DNA of 64,000 nt from an uncultured Solirubrobacterales bacterium (GCA_963725475.1 CAVRYR010000006.1:329450-393449); one strand, 5' to 3'. Shown: positions 28,647 through 37,870, counted from the stretch's first letter. A program made the numbers and translations. The notes: generated by a model not told the origin, from the letters alone.

Positions 28647-30093
28647 CGTCCGCCCGGAACCTCCCGACTGCGGGTCCCAGCGCCGCCGGTGAGAGTCGGA
28701 GCGGCCCAGTCGACCGGTAGCGCCAGACGACGAAGCGCCCGTCGAAATCGCGCGCGACAAGGCGCAGGCTGGGCATCGAGAGGCGCGGGGCTCCGGTGGG
28801 CTCGGTGCTGCCCTGCCGGGGCAGGGCCAGGACATCGACCTCTCCCACGGGTTCGCCGGTGCTCGACAGCGCACGGCTCCCAGGCAGGTAGAACTCGAGC
28901 GGCTTGCGAGCGAAGCTCCCGGGCATCGCGATCACGACGCGATCTACGCGCGGCGGCCCCAAATCGCTCGCCGCAGCCCGCCAGTCCTCGCTGTGGTACT
29001 TCGGCTCCCAGGCTGTCAGCACGACCACCGCCAGCGAAGCCAGACAGAGCCCGACGGCCGCAATAGTGCCGTGGCGCGGACGCCTCGGAGCGGCAAACCC
29101 CATCGAGAGGAGCACGAGCGCGGGCACCAGCGCGACGATCAGGTTACGGGGATCCAGATAGTCGAGCCCCACAAAGGCGAGCACAAGCGGCAGGGCGAAG
29201 CTGGCTCCGACGAGGGCGGCCAACAGACGCGGACCGGGACCGTCCCGAAGGCGTGATGCGGCGAGGCGCGCCAGACCGACCACCGCCACCACCTCCGCGA
29301 CCACGGCCACGGGCACCGCCGCCGCGGTGAGATCGAAGCCGACGAGGAAATCGAGCGGAGTGATCGCGAGCCGGCTGAGAATCGGTGCGCTCCTGATCCA
29401 GTCGGCGTGACCGAGGGACTGCTGCTGCAGCGCCAGCGGAAGAAGAAGCGCGCCGACGGCGCCGACGGCTCCGACCGCTGCGGCTGCCGTTCGGCGCCTC
29501 GGCGCCAGCCGCAGGAGCACCAGCGCCTCGGGGACGATCAGGAACACCGCGAAGTAGTGCGTGGTCAAGGCGAGGGCCGATGCCAGCGCCCAGCCGGCAT
29601 AGAGGCGGCCGGCGGGCCGCTTGACCGCACGGATCGCGAGCAACATGCCGATCCCGCTGAGCAGGGTGAGCAGCGAGTAGGCCCGTGCCTCCTGCGAGTA
29701 CCAGACCAGGAACGGGTTGCACGCCACCAGCGCGGCGGCGATCATGGCGGCACGAGCGGAAGCGACCTCGCGGCCGATCGAATAGGCGACCGGCACTACC
29801 GCCACCCCGCAGAGCGCCGGCAGGAACCGCATCCCGATTTCAGTGCTGGGGACGACCTGGACCCAGAGCCAGGAGATCATGTAGTACAGGGGCGGCGTCG
29901 ATTCCAAGTTCCCGATCCCGGTGAGCATGTGGCTCAGCGAGCGGTGGACCAGGTCGACGGTGCTGAGCTCATCTCCCCAGAAGCTCTTGGCGCCGAGGGT
30001 TGCGAAGCGGAGCAGCGCCGAGAGCAGAACCAGCAAGATCAGGATGCGTGATCCCGAGGGTTGGGATTGAGTCGACGCATCGGTTTCGTTCAT
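28585..30093 (-). CDS. GT39/ArnT-like (PMT_2) membrane glycosyltransferase
   Basis: 502 aa. N-terminal RFATLGAKSFWGDELSTV loop with the acidic DE motif, about 10 TM helices, soluble C-terminal domain. Converges on and overlaps the previous gene by 62 nt. Confidence 0.7.
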   Translation of the reverse strand: MNETDASTQSQPSGSRILILLVLLSALLRFATLGAKSFWGDELSTVDLVHRSLSHMLTGIGNLESTPPLYYMISWLWVQVVPSTEIGMRFLPALCGVAVVPVAYSIGREVASARAAMIAAALVACNPFLVWYSQEARAYSLLTLLSGIGMLLAIRAVKRPAGRLYAGWALASALALTTHYFAVFLIVPEALVLLRLAPRRRTAAAAVGAVGAVGALLLPLALQQQSLGHADWIRSAPILSRLAITPLDFLVGFDLTAAAVPVAVVAEVVAVVGLARLAASRLRDGPGPRLLAALVGASFALPLVLAFVGLDYLDPRNLIVALVPALVLLSMGFAAPRRPRHGTIAAVGLCLASLAVVVLTAWEPKYHSEDWRAAASDLGPPRVDRVVIAMPGSFARKPLEFYLPGSRALSSTGEPVGEVDVLALPRQGSTEPTGAPRLSMPSLRLVARDFDGRFVVWRYRSTGPLRLSPAALGPAVGRFRADVIWQASATSTAAAQVPLHSG

Positions 30094-30327
30094 CGCGCTG
30101 CCATCCCGGGCCGTTTACCTATGGCGCATGACACCTTCACGGCTCTTCCTCAGCGCATCCCTAATGACGGCCTCGGCCCTGATCGCGCGGGCTGCGGGTC
30201 GAGCGGAAACGGCTCCGGGACGGCGATCACCTCCGGTGCGGGCACCAACGGGCCCATCCCGGATCGACGCACGCCGGTTCAGCGCTACCGTCGACAACCC
30301 GTACTAGCCGCTGAAGCCGGGAACGAC

Positions 30328-30489
30328 CTACCAGGCGGTGGCGTCGATCCCTCGGTAAGTTCTCGGATCCGGGATGCCGGTGTGAACGAATTCGACGTTC
30401 TCGTTGAACCGATCAGCTCCCTGTAAGAAGTCTCCGCTCTGCCAGCCTTCGAACAGCCGCCGGGCGATCTCGACGTTCTCCTGCGACAT
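30328..30489 (-). pseudogene. N-terminal fragment of a SnoaL/NTF2-like paralogue
   Basis: MSQENVEIARRLFEGWQSGDFLQGADRFNENVEFVH... stops after 53 codons. No recognisable continuation in any frame. Confidence 0.5.
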
Positions 30490-30562
30490 CGCTTCGCAGT
30501 ATCTCGCCCGGAACTGCCGCTTTCCATGGCACAAAAGCCAGCGATAGCAGGGCTTCCTCGGA

Positions 30563-30610
30563 TGCCGGAGGAGGGACTCGAACCCCCGACACGCGGATTA
30601 TGATCCTGCG
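30563..30610 (-). other. tRNA-Met-like (CAT) 3' half without D-arm: tRNA remnant or att scar
   Basis: Minus strand reads cgcaggatCATaatccgcg-gtgtc-gggggttcgagtccctc-ctccggca (anticodon arm, variable loop, T-arm, acceptor 3' strand). The 5' side has only gccggac plus 5 nt, so it cannot fold as a complete tRNA. Confidence 0.5.
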
Positions 30611-30760
30611 CCGCACGTCCGGCAGGATCCGCTCAGGTCGGTTCCCGGCCCCCTCAGGCAGGGACCGGCATCGCCGAGTCGGCCCACGTGCGGCTGCTTC
30701 CGGTGTGGTCCGTTCTCAATTCGTTGTCACCCCGTGGTAGTCGCTTTTCGTCCAAAGCGC

Positions 30761-31156
30761 CTACTCCGACAGCCCGACGGCTTCGAGAGCTTGAGCCCAT
30801 TCGCCGTAGTCCTTGACGTGGGTGCACAGGCCGTCCCGGTAGGTCACCAGGAACGCCACGGGAATCTCCTGCTCGATCCCGCTTCCTCTTCCGATCATGC
30901 GGAGCGTCCCCAGCGCCAGCACCCGGTCTCCGAGGTCGCGGACATCGGGGAAGTGAAACTCAAACACCTCCCAGGAGTCCGCAATGTCAGCGAACAACCG
31001 CCTCAGGTCATCGAGCCCTGAGTAGTCGCCCTCCAGCGGAGCGATCTGAGGTTCGACGACCGCATCCGGGTGGAAGTCCTCCAACCAGCGCTCGAGATCA
31101 CCCCGGTTGTAGGCCTCAATGCCCGCCCGAAACCGATCGACGTTCTCCTGCGACAT
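30761..31156 (-). CDS. SnoaL/NTF2-like protein (intact paralogue)
   Basis: 131 aa. MSQENVDRFRAGIEAYNRGDLERWLEDFHPDAVV...GDRVLALGTLRMIGRGSGIEQEIPVAFLVTYRDGLCTHVKDYGEWAQALEAVGLSE. Confidence 0.7.
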   Translation of the reverse strand: MSQENVDRFRAGIEAYNRGDLERWLEDFHPDAVVEPQIAPLEGDYSGLDDLRRLFADIADSWEVFEFHFPDVRDLGDRVLALGTLRMIGRGSGIEQEIPVAFLVTYRDGLCTHVKDYGEWAQALEAVGLSE

Positions 31157-31159
31157 CGC

Positions 31160-31290
31160 CTACTCCCGCAGCCCAGCGGCTTCGAGGGCGTTGGCCTCGC
31201 TCAAGAAAGCACGCAAGCGGATGACCTTCCCCTGCCGCCACTCCGCAACCTGCCAATGCTTCTGCTCCCAGGGCGCGTCGCGAGCGAGCC
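31160..31290 (-). pseudogene. C-terminal fragment of another SnoaL/NTF2-like paralogue
   Basis: ...WQVAEWRQGKVIRLRAFLSEANALEAAGLRE* ends 3 nt before the ATG of the intact copy (TAGGCGATG). Its 5' part is replaced by the 3' end of the hydrolase gene. Confidence 0.45.
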
Positions 31291-31292
31291 GG

Positions 31293-32714
31293 TCAAGGCT
31301 TCGCGATCTTGTCCAGGAACGGGATCAGGTGGTCGAGGAACTCGTTGTGGGGACTGGCGCCGGCGGGGTCATTGTGCGCGTAGGTGTCCGAACGGTCGAT
31401 CAGCGTCAGCTCGCTGTCCGGGATCCCCGATTGCCTGGCCAGGGCGCGGGCCGCGTCCAGAACCCTCTGGCCACCGAGCGCGGCGCCGAATGCGTAGATC
31501 GGCGTGTGCTTCTTCAGGTCGTCGCCGCGAGTCGCGTGAACGTCGAGGACGGCCTGCGCCGGGTTCGGGTTGCCGTCCGCCACCGCGCCGGCGTCGATGC
31601 TCAGCCGCGCGGGGTGGTACCAGGCGCTTCCGTCAGCACCGGTCACCCCTGTTCCGGAGAGCATGTCCGCGTAGCGCTGGATCGGCGTGATCTCTCCGGC
31701 TCCGACCCATCCACGCGGGGCGCCGCTGGCCGCGAGGTGGCCCACGTGAGCCTGCGCTGCGGCAAGCGCAGGCGGCGACGTCTCCGTGTCGACGGCGTAG
31801 CCGAACTCCGCCTCGTTGGTCGGCTGGACCGGCGGTTTGAGGTTCGCCGGGAGCAGGGGGAAGGTCCAGGCGAGCGACGCCTCGTTCGGCGCGATGGCCG
31901 CCGCCGTCGAGCCGGTCGCGGAGAAGATGCCGAGGAAGGGCGCCGGGATGCCGCCGAAGGCCAGCCACGGCGAGCCGTTCTGGAGGTCCTGAAGAGACTG
32001 GGTCGCCTGATCCGGCGAGATCGGCGTGGGGCTGCTGCCGCCGTCGATGTAAACGAGGCCGGAGAGCTGCGTCCTCGCGGGTCCCCCGTGGAAGTCCCAG
32101 GTCGAGTAGGCCGTGGTGATCGACCCGCCGAGCGAATGCCCTCCGAGCACGACCTTTCGGCCACCACGCGTTGCGGCGTCGACGACGCGGCGCAGGTCCT
32201 GGATCTCCACGTTCATGCCCCAGCCGCGCGCGAATGGCACGGAGGAGTCCTGGATCAGCTGGAAGTGATCGGTGATGCTCGGGTTCACGAGCCAGCCGAG
32301 GTAGTAGTCGAAGAGCTGTTGCGGGGTCGCCTCGCCCGCCTTCGCCTTGTCGAGCATCGATTGATCCTCGAGCAGGTTCTCGCGGCGCTCTACCGACCAG
32401 ACCTGCCAGGCGCCGTTCGTGTCCCGGACGATCTCGTCGGCGAGCGGCTTGAAGTACGCCGCACCGGCGGAGGTCCCGGGGTTCAGGACGAGCACGTTCC
32501 TGGCGCTCGCCGGCCCGATCTCGAGCACGCCCACCCTGTCGAGGTAGTTCGGGGTCGCCGGGTCGTCGTATCCCTTCATCCAGGTGATCTGAGCCGCCGA
32601 CGCCGGCGAGGCGGACGCCGCCGCAGCCAGGCCGAAGACCATCAAGACGACGAGCCGCCGAAGTATCCTGCTCCTCCGATTCACGACCCCTCCTTCCTGG
32701 AGATCGAGAGCCAT
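31293..32714 (-). CDS. secreted alpha/beta hydrolase (lipase/esterase-like)
   Basis: Signal peptide RRLVVLMVFGLAAAASASPASAAQ. Nucleophile elbow GGHSLGGS. 473 aa. Confidence 0.7.
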   Translation of the reverse strand: MALDLQEGGVVNRRSRILRRLVVLMVFGLAAAASASPASAAQITWMKGYDDPATPNYLDRVGVLEIGPASARNVLVLNPGTSAGAAYFKPLADEIVRDTNGAWQVWSVERRENLLEDQSMLDKAKAGEATPQQLFDYYLGWLVNPSITDHFQLIQDSSVPFARGWGMNVEIQDLRRVVDAATRGGRKVVLGGHSLGGSITTAYSTWDFHGGPARTQLSGLVYIDGGSSPTPISPDQATQSLQDLQNGSPWLAFGGIPAPFLGIFSATGSTAAAIAPNEASLAWTFPLLPANLKPPVQPTNEAEFGYAVDTETSPPALAAAQAHVGHLAASGAPRGWVGAGEITPIQRYADMLSGTGVTGADGSAWYHPARLSIDAGAVADGNPNPAQAVLDVHATRGDDLKKHTPIYAFGAALGGQRVLDAARALARQSGIPDSELTLIDRSDTYAHNDPAGASPHNEFLDHLIPFLDKIAKP

Positions 32715-32920
32715 CGCCAGCTTACGCCCGCGCCCGCTTCGGTGTACGGCTAGCCCTCAGTAGGGCTCGAGGTGACCGGAACGTCTGTGCCGATGTAAAC
32801 GACCGGTCGGTTCTTTACGGCTAGGCGCGGAACCGCTGCTTTGCATGGAACGCGGGTATCCGGTTAGCTGCTCCTGATCACGCGGAATGGCACCCCCAGG
32901 CCGCGAGACTGAAGAAGGAG

Positions 32921-33141
32921 ATGAGCTTCGAGCAGACCATGGATGACATAGCCAGGGGCGTGGAGATCCTCGGCGTCGCGACTGTCCTCGTGGGCCTAGC
33001 GGCATCCCTAGTGAGCGGCGCACTCGGCCTGCTCGGAGGCGAGGGTGCGGGAGCGTCTGCCGGACCATCCGAGCCGTCTTCGCACGCAGCATCCTGCTCG
33101 GGTTGGAGTTCCTGGTGGCCGCGCAATTGATGCCCGCTTGA
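32921..33141 (+). pseudogene. DUF1622-like membrane protein remnant (frameshifted and 3'-truncated)
   Basis: RBS gaaggag then MSFEQTMDDIARGVEILGVATVLVGLAASLV. A second frame gives RTIRAVFARSILLGLEFLVAAQLMPA*, i.e. the family LGLEFLVAADII motif cut short. Confidence 0.45.
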
Positions 33142-33212
33142 TGCCCGCCATGATCTTGAGGATCAAGCCCTGATAGCACGAAAACTGCCGCGCTAGCAGG
33201 GGCTTCGTGAGG

Positions 33213-33286
33213 GGTGAGCGACCGGACTCGAACCGGCGACCGCCTGGACCACAACCAGGAGCTCTACCAACTGAGCTACGCCCACC
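33213..33286 (-). tRNA. tRNA-His (GTG)
   Basis: Minus strand: G(-1)-gtgggcg-ta-gctcagttggtagagc-t-cctgg-ttGTGgt-ccagg-cggtc-gccggttcgagtccggt-cgctcac-c. Cloverleaf drawn by hand. Confidence 0.9.
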
Positions 33287-33349
33287 GCGCTCCCCCCAAT
33301 CTAGCGTGAGCCGAGGCCCCTAGCGGGACCCGGCCCCGCAGGTCAGCGG

Positions 33350-33560
33350 TCAGCTTCGCGGTAGGAGCATCTGCAGGAAGAAGGCGAGCGCGTCCGGCTC
33401 GCCGGTCGTGACCACTCCGCCATGGGTCACGCCGGGATAGGTCTCTTAGGTGTCCGATTCCCCCTGCAGTGGCAGGAGGGGCGCGTTCAGCTTCACGGCC
33501 GGGTTCGTCGCGGCCAGGACCGGGTTGAGCGCGCTCAGGTCGGCGCCACCGGCACGGTAG
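33350..33560 (-). pseudogene. C-terminal remnant of an alpha/beta hydrolase (secretory-lipase-like) with in-frame TAA
   Basis: FYRAGGADLSALNPVLAATNPAVKLNAPLLPLQGESDT*ETYPGVTHGGVVTTGEPDALAFFLQML. The stop lies at 33446-33448. The 5' part is cut off by tRNA-Arg. Confidence 0.4.
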
Positions 33561-33567
33561 AACGAGG

Positions 33568-33641
33568 TGCCCCCGGCAGGACTCGAACCTGCGGCATTCG
33601 GCTTAGAAGGCCGACGCTCTATCCAGCTGAGCTACGGGGGC
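33568..33641 (-). tRNA. tRNA-Arg (TCT)
   Basis: Minus strand: gcccccg-ta-gctcagctggatagagc-g-tcggc-ctTCTaa-gccga-atgcc-gcaggttcgagtcctgc-cgggggc-a. Confidence 0.9.
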
Positions 33642-34006
33642 CTGCCGAGGGAGCGTACCGCCGGCCTCGGCACCCACCAGAACTAGCTTCGAGTCGTACT
33701 CAGGGGTACACCGCGGGACATGGGAAGGGGACGGCGGGACGCTCGTCAGGCCGCAATGGGTGATGGGGTCGCTCTGCTTGCCCGTTGGGCCGACGTTGTC
33801 GCCCCAGCAGTTCCGGTATTGCCGACGAACTACGTATGAGGTCGACGGCGGCACCTTGGTCGGGTCACAGCCGGCCAGCTGGCTCGGGTCGACACTGCCG
33901 ACCCCGGGACGGCAGGCGAGCTGGTCGGGCACGGCGTAGAGCATCGTCGGGTGTCGCAGTTCCGTAGGCTGAGACGAGATGCGCTCGGGAGAGGTGAAGA
34001 CGCTCG

Positions 34007-34654
34007 GTGGGGCTAGGCGCGAGTTCCTGCGGCAAGGAGTCACCCTGGGTGCTCGGGGCCGGCATCGTGGCGCTGGTCGTGATCCGTGCCCTGATCGGCG
34101 ACGTCACCTGGCGCGACGGGGTGGCGGTCGCGCTGATGCTTGCGATCTACCCCTTCGGCGAGTGGGCGATCCACGTCTACCTCCTCCACGCCAAGCCGAT
34201 GAGAATCCGCGGGCGCAAGTTCGAGACCGTGGCTGCCCGAGCCCACCGCGCCCATCACGGTGACCCGAACGACCTCGACATGGTCCTGCTCTATTGGTGG
34301 CAGGCGGCGTTCCTGATGCTGGTCGCTGTGCCGTTCACCGTCACGATCGGCGCGCTGATTGCGACCCTGCTCGCCGGACCTGTGCCGCTGGGCGCGTTGG
34401 TCACCGCGGCGATCGCCGGCTACTGCATGGTCTGCGTCTACGAGTGGACCCACTTCCTGATCCACACCGCCTACCGCCCGCGCTCGGCGGCATACAAGAC
34501 CATCTGGCGCAACCACCGCCTCCACCACTTCAAGAACGAGCACTTCTGGCACGGGATCACCAACAACGTCAGCGACCGGGTACTCGGCACGAATCCCGAG
34601 GTTCGCGAGGTGCCGAAGTCGAGGACCGCGCGGACGCTCGACCCGGCGCGCTGA
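34007..34654 (+). CDS. fatty acid hydroxylase/sterol desaturase-family membrane protein
   Basis: His-box motifs HRAHHGD, HFLIH, HRLHHFKNEHFWHG. About 4 TM segments. Confidence 0.7.
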   Translation: MGLGASSCGKESPWVLGAGIVALVVIRALIGDVTWRDGVAVALMLAIYPFGEWAIHVYLLHAKPMRIRGRKFETVAARAHRAHHGDPNDLDMVLLYWWQAAFLMLVAVPFTVTIGALIATLLAGPVPLGALVTAAIAGYCMVCVYEWTHFLIHTAYRPRSAAYKTIWRNHRLHHFKNEHFWHGITNNVSDRVLGTNPEVREVPKSRTARTLDPAR

Positions 34655-34679
34655 TCCGGCGGCGCCGCCGGACGGTTCC

Positions 34680-35466
34680 ATGAGCCTCGACGAGCGCTGG
34701 ATTCGCTCGCTGCACGTGGAGGCGATGCGACACGCCGACCTGCACGCGGAGCATGACCCGCACGTGCTCTTCCAGGCCTCGACCATCGGGGCACTGATCG
34801 AGGGGGCCTTCGAGGGCGACGTCAGCTTCGCCGAGCTCGCCGAGCACGGCGACCTCGGGCTCGGCACCCTCAATCACCTGGACGGTGAGATGATCGCGCT
34901 CGACGGTCGCTTCTACCGCGCGAATGTGGATGGGCAGGTCGGCGAGGTCTCGGCGCAGGAGCGGACCCCGTTCGCCGTCATGGTTCCGTTCGAGGCGGCG
35001 ATCTCGTTCGACGTCGAGGGCTCGGTCGATCATGCCGCGCTGCTCGAGCTGATCGACTCCCGGATCCCGGCGGACGCGGCCTCCTGCGCCCTGCGTATCG
35101 ACGGCCGCTTCGAGCGGGTGCGGGCCAGATCGGTCCCGCGCCAGGAGCCGCCCTATCGCCCGCTCGACCGAGGTAGTGGCGGACCAGCGGGTGTTCGAGC
35201 TCGCCGGCGTTGACGGAACGATGCTCGGCTTTCGCTTTCCCGAGTACGCCGAGGGGATCGAGGTGAGCGGCTGGCACCTGCACTTCATCTCGCAGGACCG
35301 GGCGCGAGGGGGCCACGTGCTCGACTCCCGGATCGAGACCGCCCACGTCGGGCTCGATCCCTCCGGGAGGCTGCACGTCGAGCTGCCGCCCGGGATCGAG
35401 CTCGCCGATGCCGACGCCGCCCGCAGCACCCATGCCGCGATCGACCGGGTGGAACACGATGGCTGA
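34680..35466 (+). pseudogene. budA: alpha-acetolactate decarboxylase, frameshift near 35168
   Basis: LFQASTIGALIEGAFEGDVSFAELAEHGDLGLGTLNHLDGEMIALDG...VPRQEPPYRPL, then at +1 EVVADQRVFELAGVDGTMLGFRFPEYAEGIEVSGWHLHFISQDRARGGHVLD. Confidence 0.8.
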
Positions 35467-36433
35467 CGCGCCCGAGCGGGTCTTCATCACGGGCGCCGCC
35501 GGCTTCATCGGCCGGGCGCTGGTCGAGCGGTTCCGCGAGCTTGGGAGTGAGGTGCGAGGGGTCGACCTGGTCGAGGCCGACGAAGAGTTGCACCGGGCGG
35601 CAGACCTGACGGAGCCCGGCGATTGGCAAGACCACGCGTCTGGGTGCGATCTCGTCATCCACACAGCAGCCGTGGTCGGCTTCTACAGCTCCCCCGAGGG
35701 TTATTGGGAGACCAACGTGACTGCCGCGCGCCACGCGCTCGACGCCGCAGTCGCGGGCGGCGCGAAGCGCTTCTTGCACCTCTCCTCGATAGTCGTCTTC
35801 GGCTTCGACTTCGAGGGCGAGGTCGACGAGCGCAGCCCGGTCCGCCCCAACGGCGTTCACTACGTGGACACCAAGATCGCCAGCGAGCAGGTCGTGCTGC
35901 AGGCGCACGCCGAGGCCGAGATCCCCTGCACGATCGTCCGGCCGGGCGACGTCTACGGGCCGAGATCGAGGCCGTGGACGATCGAGCCAGTCCGCCTGTT
36001 GCGCTCCAAGCAGCTGATCCTTCCCGACGGTGGCCGAGGCCTGCACAGCCCGGTCTACGTCGACGACCTGGTCGACGGGATCGTCCTCGCGGCGACCAGG
36101 CCCGAGGCGGAGGGACGGGTCTTCATCCTGACCGGCGCCGAGGCTCCGACGATCGGCGAGTTCGTCGCCTACTACTGCCGCATGCTCGGGATCGACCGGC
36201 CGCGCACCGCCCCAACTCGCGTCGTCCGCGAGGTGGCGAGAGCGATGGACCTGGCGGCGCGCGTCCGCGGGCGCAAGAGCGAGGCGACCCCCGCCGCGAT
36301 CGACTACTTCACGAGGCGCGGGAGCTACTCGATCCGGCGCGCCCGCGACGAGCTCGGCTACGCGCCGGGGCACGACCTGGAGGCCGGGATGAGGAAGACG
36401 GAGGAGTGGCTGCGCGCGGAGGGGCTGCTCTAG
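35459..36433 (+). CDS. NAD-dependent epimerase/dehydratase
   Basis: MADAPERVFITGAAGFIGRALVERF, YVDTKIASE (YxxxK), 324 aa. Overlaps the alsD end by 8 nt. Confidence 0.85.
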   Translation: MADAPERVFITGAAGFIGRALVERFRELGSEVRGVDLVEADEELHRAADLTEPGDWQDHASGCDLVIHTAAVVGFYSSPEGYWETNVTAARHALDAAVAGGAKRFLHLSSIVVFGFDFEGEVDERSPVRPNGVHYVDTKIASEQVVLQAHAEAEIPCTIVRPGDVYGPRSRPWTIEPVRLLRSKQLILPDGGRGLHSPVYVDDLVDGIVLAATRPEAEGRVFILTGAEAPTIGEFVAYYCRMLGIDRPRTAPTRVVREVARAMDLAARVRGRKSEATPAAIDYFTRRGSYSIRRARDELGYAPGHDLEAGMRKTEEWLRAEGLL

Positions 36434-36507
36434 TCGGGGCGCCCGGATTTGAACCGGGGACCTCTGCCACCCAAAGGCAGCGCGCTACCAGGCTGCGCCA
36501 CGCCCCG
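36434..36507 (-). tRNA. tRNA-Pro (TGG)
   Basis: Minus strand: cggggcg-tg-gcgcagcctggtagcgc-g-ctgcc-ttTGGgt-ggcag-aggtc-cccggttcaaatccggg-cgccccg-a. Confidence 0.9.
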
Positions 36508-36535
36508 AACGCAGCGAGTCTAGGGTGTCGCGCCC

Positions 36536-37790
36536 GTGGCAGAGGTACGTCCGCTCCAGGCGCTGCACTACGACCTTGAGAAGGCCGGATCGCTGGCCGA
36601 CGTCGTCGCTCCCCCCTACGACGTGATCGACGACGAGCAGCGGGCCGAGCTGGTCGCCCGCTCGCCCCACAACGTCGTCGAGCTCGACCTGCCGCGCGAC
36701 CCGGAGGGCGGCGACCCCTACGAGCACGCCGCCCGGCTGCTCGAGCAGTGGCGGGACGAGGGCGTGCTGGTCAATGACCCGGGGCCCGCGATCTGGGCAC
36801 TGGAGCAGGACTACACGGCGCCGAAGGGGTCGCGGCTCACCCGCCGCGGCTTCCTCGCTCGGGTGAGGCTCGCCCCCTACGGCGAGGGGATCCGTCCCCA
36901 CGAGCGCACCCAGCCTGGCCCGAAGGAGGATCGGCTGCGGCTCACCCGCGCGACGCGCCACAACCTCTCGCCGATCTTCGCCCTGCACCCCGGCGACGCC
37001 TGGAGCCAGATCGAGCCGGCCCTCGGCGATCCCTGGGGCGAGGTCACCGACGGCGACGGCACCACCCATCGCGTCTGGCGCGTTGGCGACGCCGCCGTGC
37101 ACGAGGCGATCGCCGCCGAGCTCAGGCCGGGTCGAGCTTCTGATCGCCGACGGCCACCACCGCTACGAGACCTCGCTCGCCTACCAGCGCGAGGTCGGTG
37201 AGGGGGGCGGCGCCGACTACGTCCTGATGGCGCTGGTCTCGCTCGAGGATCCGGGACTCACCGTCTTTCCCACGCACCGTCTGCTCTCGGGCCTCGCCGA
37301 TGATCCGGCGAAGCAGGAGGCGCTCGGGACAGGGCTCCGGGAGCTCTTCGACGCCGAGGAGGTCTCCCTCGATCAACTCGACCCGGGCGAGGACGACGGC
37401 GTCGGCGTCTTCGGCTACATCGACTCCCATTTCAAGCGGCCATTCCGGCTCCGGCTCAGGGACAAGGCCGCGGTCGACGCTGCGCTGGGCGACCGCTCGC
37501 TCGCCTACCGGGAGCTCGATGCCGCGATCCTCGAGGAGCTCGTCCTGAAGGGCATCCTGGGGATGAGCACCGACGACATCGCCGCCAAGCGCGGCATCGG
37601 CTACACGCCGAGCATCGACGAGGCGCGCGCCAAGCTCAACGCCGGCGACTACCAGGCCGCCTTCCTGCTGCGCCCCACCCCCGTCGACCAGGTCCGCGCG
37701 GTCGCCGCGGAGGGCGAGACGATGCCGCCGAAGTCGACCTACTTCTTCCCGAAGCTGCTCACCGGGATCGTCTTCAACCCGCTCGGCTAA
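36536..37790 (+). pseudogene. DUF1015-family protein, frameshift near 37126
   Basis: MAEVRPLQALHYD...VVAPPYDVIDDEQRAEL...PHERT...KEDRLRLTRATRHNLSPIF, then the next frame has LLIADGHHRYETSLAY...FPTHRLL...MPPKSTYFFPKLLTG. Confidence 0.8.
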
Positions 37791-37870
37791 CCGGCGGCTG
37801 CCCGATGGTGATGCGGTTGCCGTCGGGATCGACGACCACCGTCTTCACTCCCGCCCCGACCTCTCGACCC
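37774..37870 (-). pseudogene. about 30-codon C-terminal stub of a glyoxalase/VOC-family protein
   Basis: EVGAGVKTVVVDPDGNRITIGQPPVSRAG*, a typical VOC end (..DPDGN.I.l.Q). Upstream it runs into the G-rich tract. Confidence 0.35.

Noticed and set aside
33603-34043. 146-aa minus-strand track ORF as an intact gene.
   Set aside because: Its 3' end runs through tRNA-Arg and its 5' end overlaps the start region of the hydroxylase gene. Only the middle part looks coding, so it is treated as a possible remnant in a finding.
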